Source: an uncultured Planctomycetaceae bacterium
GTDB taxonomy: Bacteria; Planctomycetota; Planctomycetia; Isosphaerales; Isosphaeraceae
Reading direction: 5' to 3'
Length of the DNA: 64,000 bases
NCBI GenBank assembly: GCA_963833985.1
Contig: CAWIAD010000001.1
Coordinates: 384,001 to 448,000 of the forward strand
In this document: positions 53,279 through 64,000 of the stretch, one piece after another
Position numbering within the stretch: position 1 is the first letter of the stretch
How the letters are laid out: each line of letters starts with the position of its first letter
Made by a program: the position numbers and the translations under genes
Notes under the pieces: model-generated
What the model saw: the letters and a program-made list of their open reading frames with translations, nothing else
Database searches by the model: none
Told to the model about the DNA's origin: nothing

Positions 53279-54181
53279 ATGGCGGGGCCGGTCGATCCTC
53301 AGCGTCTCTTGCGTGATTTCCCCAGGTGCAATGATTTCTTCGTCGGCATCGATAGCGACGGCTGCGCCTTTGACACGATGGAAGTGAAGCACAAGGAATG
53401 CTTCATCCCCAATATCATCCGGTCCTACCACCTGGCCGCTGTCTCCAAGTATGCCCGTGAGGCGGCCGAGTTCGTCAATCTCTACTCCAGGTGGCGGGGA
53501 ATCAACCGCTTCCCGGCCCTTGTCCTGACCTTCGACCTGCTGATGAAGCGGCCGGAAGTCCTCCGCCGGCACCACGCGATCCCCGCCCTCACCGGCGTGC
53601 GGCGCTGGATCGAGCGCGAGACCAAGCTCTCCAACCCGACGCTCAAGACTGAATCGACCGCCACCGGCGATGCCGACCTGGCCCTGGCGCTGGAATGGAG
53701 CGAGGCCGTGAACCAGACCATTGCCCAGGTGGTTCATGACGTGCCGCCGTTCCCGTTCGTCCGCGAATCGCTCGACAGCATGCAGGGCCGCGCCGATGTG
53801 ATGGTCGTCTCCGCGACCCCCGGAGAGGCGCTCGAGCGCGAATGGGCCGAGCACGGACTCAAGCCACTGGTCAGCCTGATCGCGGGACAGGAACTCGGCA
53901 GCAAGCGCGAGCACCTCGCGCTGGCGGCGGTCGGGCACTATGAGCCGCACCGCATTCTCATGGTCGGGGACGCACCCGGAGATCTCCAGGCCGCCGAGGC
54001 CAACGGGGTCCTCTTCTATCCCATCGACCCCGGCTTCGAGGATGATTCCTGGCAGCGCTTCTTCGAGGAGGGACTGCCGCGCTTCCTTGCCGAGAATTAC
54101 CAGGGCGACTACATGTCGGCCCAGATCGCGCGGTTCCAGCGGCTGCTCCCCGAAACCCCGCCCTGGCAGCAAGCAGGCTGA
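53279..54181 (+). CDS. HAD family hydrolase
   Basis: DSDG motif I, VVSAT, K and MVGDAPGD. Confidence 0.9.
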   Translation: MAGPVDPQRLLRDFPRCNDFFVGIDSDGCAFDTMEVKHKECFIPNIIRSYHLAAVSKYAREAAEFVNLYSRWRGINRFPALVLTFDLLMKRPEVLRRHHAIPALTGVRRWIERETKLSNPTLKTESTATGDADLALALEWSEAVNQTIAQVVHDVPPFPFVRESLDSMQGRADVMVVSATPGEALEREWAEHGLKPLVSLIAGQELGSKREHLALAAVGHYEPHRILMVGDAPGDLQAAEANGVLFYPIDPGFEDDSWQRFFEEGLPRFLAENYQGDYMSAQIARFQRLLPETPPWQQAG

Positions 54182-54302
54182 GCACCCGGCTCAGCGGCGA
54201 CCGCCCAGGTAACGAAACCCGCCGGCATGTGCCGAATCTGAGCTACAGTTGATCAGACCTGGTGCGATCACGCGCCGCACATCGCCTTCCCGGGGACCTG
54301 GG

Positions 54303-55031
54303 ATGCCGCAAAAAGATCGCCGCAATGCGCACCGCTACGCCCCGGCGCGGGCGGGAATCCGCATTGGCTGGTGGGAAGGCAACACGTTCCGGTCGAGTGC
54401 GGCCCGCTTCCGTAACGTCAGCCTCTCCGGCGCCCTGCTGCAACTGGACCCGATGAGCCCCATTCCGGCCGGCGCACGGGCCTGGATCTGCGTGGCCGAC
54501 CAGTCCGCCCCGCACTGGGTTGAGTCGGAGTTCGTCGAGCACTTCTCCGAGCCAGTCGATGCTTCGATGGATGCATTGATTCTGGTTCGACTGCGTTTTG
54601 TCGAGCCCTTTCCCTACGAGTCCTTCAAGACGGCCGTCTGGGACGACATCCAGCAGCGAATCGCACCGACCTGCGGCGACCCTGTCGTTGAGTCCCTGGC
54701 GCCGCAGCCCGCTCCGTCCGGCTCCCTCCAGGACACCCGGCGCCTGAGCGATGCGGATCGTCTCCGCTTCTTCCTGCAAATCGACACGCAGCCGCGTGCG
54801 GGCGGCCAGGGTGGTTCTCCTGCACCGGACGGGGCGGCCGAGCCCGACCAGCCGCCCACGCTCGTAGAAGCCTACCGGAACCGCCTGGCCGCTCCTGAAA
54901 AGCTGGCGTCGTTGCCGTGGGTCTTCATCCTGGCTTCGTGTGCCACGCTTGCGTGCTTGCTGGGCCTGGTTGTCACCGGCAATATCATCAGCCTGCGCCG
55001 CCTTGCCATCGTTCTCGGCCTGGCACAGTGA
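54303..55031 (+). CDS. PilZ domain protein with C-terminal TM helix
   Basis: RNAHR (RxxxR) and NVSLSG (NxSxxG) c-di-GMP-binding motifs. Confidence 0.75.
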   Translation: MPQKDRRNAHRYAPARAGIRIGWWEGNTFRSSAARFRNVSLSGALLQLDPMSPIPAGARAWICVADQSAPHWVESEFVEHFSEPVDASMDALILVRLRFVEPFPYESFKTAVWDDIQQRIAPTCGDPVVESLAPQPAPSGSLQDTRRLSDADRLRFFLQIDTQPRAGGQGGSPAPDGAAEPDQPPTLVEAYRNRLAAPEKLASLPWVFILASCATLACLLGLVVTGNIISLRRLAIVLGLAQ

Positions 55032-55058
55032 TGCATGTGTAGTGCCATGCAAGGTGGC

Positions 55059-56525
55059 TTACTGGAATCGCTCCGGGTCGGCGGCGAGGTAGTGAGCGCG
55101 GATCTCGTTCCGGGTGAAGTGGCTCTCGGAGCCCGGGTGGTTGCGCGCCGGCAGCATGGCGTTCAGGCACATTGCGCGGATCGGTCTTTCGAGCCGGAGA
55201 ATCCGCTCACGGCCGTCCGCGATCCAGGCCGCGGGCTCCAGCAGCGGTCTCATATCGGCGCTGATCCAGTCAAAATCGTGCGGCAGGGCGAGCCGGCCGT
55301 GGCGCAGGGCCAGGCCCGTGGCGAGCGTCTCACCGCCAAGCCACAGCAGAACCAGGGCGGAGACAAACGCGATCGAGGTGCTCCGGAATCGCCGCGACTG
55401 GACGGCATGGTCCAGGAGCGAGCCCATCAAGAGCGAGGCGACCAGGACCAGCGGGATCGCGCGTCGGACGCCCGTCGGGGTTGCAATGCTGTACAGGGCG
55501 GCGGAGCCCAGGGCAAGACACCAGAACGGCCACCAGGCGTTCGCCCTGCGTGTCGATGCGTATGCCGCCACGGCCAGCAACGGGATGAGCACAAACCCGC
55601 CGAGCGAAGGGCTCGTCGAGAAGAAGTAATAGCTGTGGGGCCTGTAGAACGACTCGTACATGAGCCGCAGGAACAGGATGGGCGAGCGCCCGAGCTCGAG
55701 CGTACCCCCTCCCCGGTAGGCATTCGCCGTGTTCACCCACCAGAGACCCGGCAACGACAGGACGGCGGCGAAGATGGCACCCGCCGAGATCGCCACGAGC
55801 AGCGATCGAGTGCTCCGCTCACGCCAGGCCCTCCAGCCCATCACGCCGAAGACCGGCGGCACGAACGCCGCACCGCCGCCGTAGACCAGCACCCCGAACG
55901 CCAGCAAGGCCGCGGCCAGGGGCCAGGTCCGGATCCGCGCGTTCCGGCCGATCACGAGGTAGAGCGCCAGCCCGCCGAAGAGCACTTCCAGCCCGGCCTC
56001 CATGCCCAGCCACGAGAACGACGAGAACCCCGGAAACACAAGGAGGCAAAAGCCGGAAAAGGCGCTGGCCGTACGGCTCAGGCCGAGCCGGCGCGCCAGG
56101 AGATAGGTGAGCGGTCCGGCCAGGGCCATGAGCACGGCCTTCATCTCGCGGCCGTACCAGAGGCCCGGATCCGGATGGACCGCATGCGCCAGCGCGAAGA
56201 GCAGGTGTCCGCCCAGGTTCGTGTCATAGCGGCAATGCTGGAGCCGGAGCGAGAGGAACACGACGTCCTTGAACGCGACCGAAGCCTCCTCGCCCGTGAG
56301 CCAGTTCTGGCGGTTGGCGCAATGCACGAGCGCCAGGTTGATGGCCAGGCCCGCGGCGCAGAGGGCCAGGCAGAGGCAGGCGTCGAGCCGCGGCAATTTT
56401 GCCGGCAGTTGCGGCGCGGTGTGCTCCATCACGTCCGCCATTGGTGGCATCTCCCGGAGAGCGGCGAGCCGGGCGAAGAACCTTGCCAGCGGCCAATCCG
56501 TGGACGCGAGGCCCGCACGCGGCAC
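55059..56525 (-). CDS. Polytopic membrane protein, possibly a GT-C glycosyltransferase; start uncertain
   Basis: Many TM helices; acidic GEE after TM1; TYLLARRL motif. Confidence 0.55.
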   Translation of the reverse strand: MPRAGLASTDWPLARFFARLAALREMPPMADVMEHTAPQLPAKLPRLDACLCLALCAAGLAINLALVHCANRQNWLTGEEASVAFKDVVFLSLRLQHCRYDTNLGGHLLFALAHAVHPDPGLWYGREMKAVLMALAGPLTYLLARRLGLSRTASAFSGFCLLVFPGFSSFSWLGMEAGLEVLFGGLALYLVIGRNARIRTWPLAAALLAFGVLVYGGGAAFVPPVFGVMGWRAWRERSTRSLLVAISAGAIFAAVLSLPGLWWVNTANAYRGGGTLELGRSPILFLRLMYESFYRPHSYYFFSTSPSLGGFVLIPLLAVAAYASTRRANAWWPFWCLALGSAALYSIATPTGVRRAIPLVLVASLLMGSLLDHAVQSRRFRSTSIAFVSALVLLWLGGETLATGLALRHGRLALPHDFDWISADMRPLLEPAAWIADGRERILRLERPIRAMCLNAMLPARNHPGSESHFTRNEIRAHYLAADPERFQ

Positions 56526-56678
56526 TCATCTTGGAGCGATCTTCGCGGCCTGTCAACGCGACTGGGGCCGCGTGATCCCCCGGTCCAGAAGATGACCCGC
56601 AACCAGACGCGTGGCGATGCTTTCCCCGCGCGCTTCCCGAGCATGCTCCGAAAGGTTCCAGGCGCGCGGCGCATCGGA

Positions 56679-57070
56679 TCAGACCGGTGCGTACCTGGTC
56701 AGCCCTGGCACCCGATCAAAGTCGGCATCGTGGCTGGCAAGGTTTGTCAGCCCGTTGGCCTTCATGACTGCCACGACGATTGCGTCGTTAGTCAAGAGCC
56801 CGTCGATTGACTGACCACCGCCGCCGATACCACAAGTGGTGGGGCAATCGTGAGGACCTGAACGCCCATCTGCGGAATCCCCTGCAACGCAGACAGGTAG
56901 TGATGAAGTTGTTGTACATGCCCGGGATTCTGCTTGAGCCGGGCCACGATCTTGCTGGGCCAGCCGAACCGGATTGCAGCTTCAAGAGTGATCAACCTGT
57001 GGGCGACCTTGCCGAGAACCAGCGTCGAGGTGTCTCCCGAGATGTCCCCCAGTTCCAGTCGGGATGGGAT
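56679..57070 (-). pseudogene. PIN-domain (VapC) toxin lacking its N-terminus, with a frameshift at ~56795
   Basis: TSTLVL.KVAHRL..., then LLTNDAIVVAVMKANGLTNLASHDADFDRVPGLTRYAPV*; the N-terminal DxN motif is missing. Confidence 0.75.
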
Positions 57071-57266
57071 CGTCAAGCTCGGGCGACATTGCAAAATCGT
57101 CGGCCGCTTCTGAAGAGCCTGTCCAGCCCATCATGCCTGCGGTCCGCTCGGCCAGGGTGGGGCCGATGTGCACGGTGACCTGGACCCTCTGGTGTTCCCT
57201 GAGCGGCAGGGGCTGAGAGAGTTTCAGCGCGCCGTTCTCGTAAATGGCTTCAACGGTCACGGGCAT
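56982..57266 (-). CDS. DUF104/AF2212-like antitoxin whose tail runs into the toxin remnant
   Basis: MPVTVEAIYENGALKL..PLPLREHQRVQVTV motif. Confidence 0.85.
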   Translation of the reverse strand: MPVTVEAIYENGALKLSQPLPLREHQRVQVTVHIGPTLAERTAGMMGWTGSSEAADDFAMSPELDDPIPTGTGGHLGRHLDAGSRQGRPQVDHS

Positions 57267-57497
57267 GGCCAGCGCTCCTGGAGTTCAACGGTTTCCGGTT
57301 GTGTGTTCTCGTCAGCAGGGTCCGAACCCCAATACCGTTGAAATAGCGAAAAGGTGAGTGCAGGCATAAGTTTGTCCCTCGTTCCCACGCTCCGCGTGGG
57401 AATGCCGTCTGCGACGCTCCGCGTCGATTGGGGCCGTGCCGAGGCTGGGAAATCCATGGGACGCCGAGCGTCCCGACCGGTGTTCCCACGCAGAGCG

Positions 57498-59078
57498 CTT
57501 GTCATTCCCGGAAAACTGCATGCATGCGTATTCAATTAGTGGTGTACATGTGCATTGATTCTCGCGCGCTCAAGCTTTGCTCCCCTTACGAGGAGCCGGA
57601 GCACCTTCATGCCGCGCCAGAGCGTGATCCAGCCGGGCATCCCGTCTCGTCGCCGGTTCATATGCCCACCGAGCCGCCCCAGGGCAAGCAACACGTCTGC
57701 CACGGTCTTGAGTCCACGCTCGACCGCCAGACCGAGCACCTCCAGCTCGGGCTCCTCCAGGCCAGTGCTTGCCGCGGGAGCTCCCGGGAAGCCCTTGCCG
57801 AGCTCGCGCAGATCCAGCAGCCGAAGCGCCACCACGCTCATCACGGCGATCGCAGCGAACAATCGGTTGCCCCGCTCCAGCTGCAAATCCTCAGCCTTCA
57901 TGCCCGTCTTGAGGCCCTTGTGAAACTCCTCGATCAGAAAGCGTGTGCCGTAGTCCATCACCACCATGATCGCAGCGCTGAAGCTCTCCGTCGGGCTGTC
58001 CGTGTAGAGCACCCATTCCAGCGGCGCGACGCCTTCAGGCGGGTCTTGCTCCCAGACCCGCACGAACCAGCCGTCGATCGGCTCGCCCGTGCCGGCCGCG
58101 CGGCCCGCACGCTCGGGTGCCCGCACGCGCACCGGACCACAACTGATCAGGAGCTTCGCGCGCGCGCGGCCTTACCATCGCGGCCACGCAGGTCCAGATA
58201 CATTCCCCCCACGGACGCCACGCCCACGATGTGCTCGAAGACCAGCCCGAGCCGCTTACCATCGGCCGGATTGAGCAGAATGCGATTTTGACTGACCCGG
58301 ATCACGAAACCGTGGCCTGCTGCGCGACAGGACTCCATGTACTCATGAATATCTGCTTCTCGATCGGCGACGCGCACCCAGCGGACCTCCGGGTTCTCTG
58401 GTGCCGGGCCAATCCGCTTGCCCGACTCGAGCCAGCGATCCGACTCCCGATCCCGGATCTGCCGTTGCCGCGATCCGGCCTGTTTCGGCGTGTCGGGATC
58501 CCGCGGGATGCGGATGAGGTATTGCTGGTCGGCGAGCCCCAGGATCGTGACCGGGGGCCGACGACCGCTCGCATCAGGTACGGGCGACGAGTCGGCACGC
58601 ATCGCAAGGATGGAGTGGAGGAGAAAGCCCTGCTGTCCCGGCTCCGAGTCACCAATCGGCCCAAGCCCGGGTATTGGCTGCTTGCGATGAGAGAACGAGG
58701 GAAACGTGGTGTCTTCGATGAGGAGATATCGCCCCGGTTTGCGGAGTTCGGCCATCACCAGTCGGCGGTGAGTCGCCTGGATCGCATCGGGGACCACCTC
58801 GCGTTCGTCGAGGAGGTCATAGGTCGCGTTGATGTCGTACTTGCGGGTGAACAACTCGGGGATCATCTTCCCGGGTTGCTCAGCGAGGGCCTCCGCAAAC
58901 GCCATGAGGCGATTCCTCCTGGTGCAATGGCCGAGCCTGATCCCGTCGAACTGCATCCGAGCCCATTGGGCGGGCGGGGACTGGTGGACTGACATCCCTG
59001 TGAACATAGTTGGCTCCATCCATGACCATGCTGGTAGAATCCAGCCAACCATGTTAACAAATTCTCGGGAATGACAAG
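57498..59078 (-). mobile_element. IS4 family (IS50/Tn5-like) insertion sequence, 1581 bp
   Basis: 13-bp perfect IR CTTGTCATTCCCG; 9-bp TSD CGCAGAGCG at 57489-97 and 59079-87. Confidence 0.95.
57536..59007 (-). CDS. IS4/IS50-like transposase, frameshift at ~58150-58165
   Basis: EDTT, VADREADI, Y..RF.IEEFHK.LKTG and RLGGHM.R..DG.PGW..LWRG. Confidence 0.92.
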
Positions 59079-59403
59079 CGCAGAGCGTGGGAACAAGTCT
59101 CTTGCAAGCCTCTTCCCCCCTTTTTGGTAACGCTATTTCAACGGTATTGGTCCGAACCCGGAAGGTAAAACCGGGGACCCTTTTGCAAAAGCAGATCAGG
59201 AATTCTCCGCATTCGCTTCGCGTCTGGCGGGGCTGTCATTCATAGCGATGGCATTCTCATTATATCGGGAATCACAAGGACCGGATGCAAGATGGAAATG
59301 GAAGCGGTTCCCCTTGTCGACGTAAAACGGGCTCATCCCTCGCGGCTCGTGCCGCGTCAGGCTGAAGCCAACAGGATTCTCGCATCCGCTCGGTTCATGG
59401 GAC

Positions 59404-63375
<3,972 letters not shown>

Positions 63376-63544
63376 GATGCGACCTCCAAACAACGGAAAG
63401 GCGTTTCTTCCGGTTTCTGCTCGGGCCACAACAGAGAATAAGGAGCCGGTGGCGAAACGTTACAGCAGCCTGAAAAAAATCCACGACCCGACAGATGGCC
63501 GGGAAACCTTCCGATCGGGCCGGACGGGGCTGTCGTCGCTCTCG

Positions 63545-63941
63545 AAGGCAGGAAGACCATGGAACCACAGAGATCACAGAGAGCACGGAGAGATGACCAT
63601 GGACGAGAGGAGGAATGATCGACGACGAAAGTTCAACACTCTAAAAGTCTGGAGAAGACCATGGAACCACAGAGATCGCAGAGAGCATGGAGAGAAGACC
63701 ATGGTCGAGAGGAGAAATGATCGACGGCGAAAACTCAACACTCTTGAAGGCAGGAGAAAACCATGGAACCACAGAGATCGCAGAGAGCACGGAGAGAAGA
63801 CCATGGTCGAGAGGAGAAATGATCGACGGCGAAAACTCAACACTCTTGAAGGCAGGAAGACCATGGAACCACAGAGATCGCAGAGAGCACGGAGAGAGGA
63901 CCATGGACGAGAGAAGAGATGATCGACGGCGTAAATTCAAC
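63545..63941 (+). repeat. Tandem repeat of about 4 copies of 100-102 bp
   Basis: CCATGGAACCACAGAGATC recurs at 63557, 63659, 63761 and 63861, with near-identical intervening sequence. Confidence 0.95.
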
Positions 63942-64000
63942 GGGATCATGGATTGGCCGAGGACCCGGGAGTTCGGGCAAGGCCAGGTCGGAATGAACGC

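Larger units (their letters stand above)
57330..59149. mobile_element. MITE (230 bp when empty) with 19-bp perfect TIRs and a 10-bp TSD, containing a REP doublet and a nested IS
   Basis: CAATACCGTTGAAATAGCG (57330-48) and CGCTATTTCAACGGTATTG (59131-49). GTCCGAACCC occurs at 57320-29 and 59150-59. Confidence 0.92.

Noticed and set aside
63545..63941. CRISPR array or repeat-protein gene (ORF 63119..63922)
   Set aside because: There are no variable spacers or cas genes, the last period is 100 bp and breaks the frame, and the ORF start is antisense to the kinase.

Overview
This is a high-GC chromosomal window with gene content typical of a planctomycete, most likely Isosphaeraceae (inference from LESR-LLS secreted proteins, Ser/Thr kinase-TPR proteins, and planctomycete-type REP palindromes). 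It holds about 45 mostly metabolic genes: a Gfo/Idh/MocA oxidoreductase, sugar-phosphate isomerases, two Zn-type dehydrogenases, pabB-pabC-Nif3, rhodanese, a divergent citrate synthase, a Tat-exported Mo-hydroxylase operon, UvrD helicase, feoA-feoB-Cys-rich gene with a clear promoter and palindromic operator, a cytosine-type permease, a Wza-like protein and two Ser/Thr kinases. About a dozen genes carry single-base frameshifts, most simply explained as long-read indel errors. No rRNA, tRNA or CRISPR array was found. The most notable structures are: (1) an integrase-free two-gene islet (2200-5382) bounded by an 86-bp duplication of the host gene's 3' end, whose secreted protein is split by an ISAzo13 element and reconstitutes in frame; (2) a nested MITE > REP doublet > IS50-like element at 57330-59149 with both target duplications intact; (3) a hydrolase/N-methyltransferase/GH3 ligase operon facing an ACP gene, a candidate alternative amino-lipid pathway; (4) three decayed toxin-antitoxin loci, each next to REP/MITE DNA; (5) a 4 x ~102-bp tandem repeat at the right edge. 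All product calls come from motif recognition only; no database search was run.
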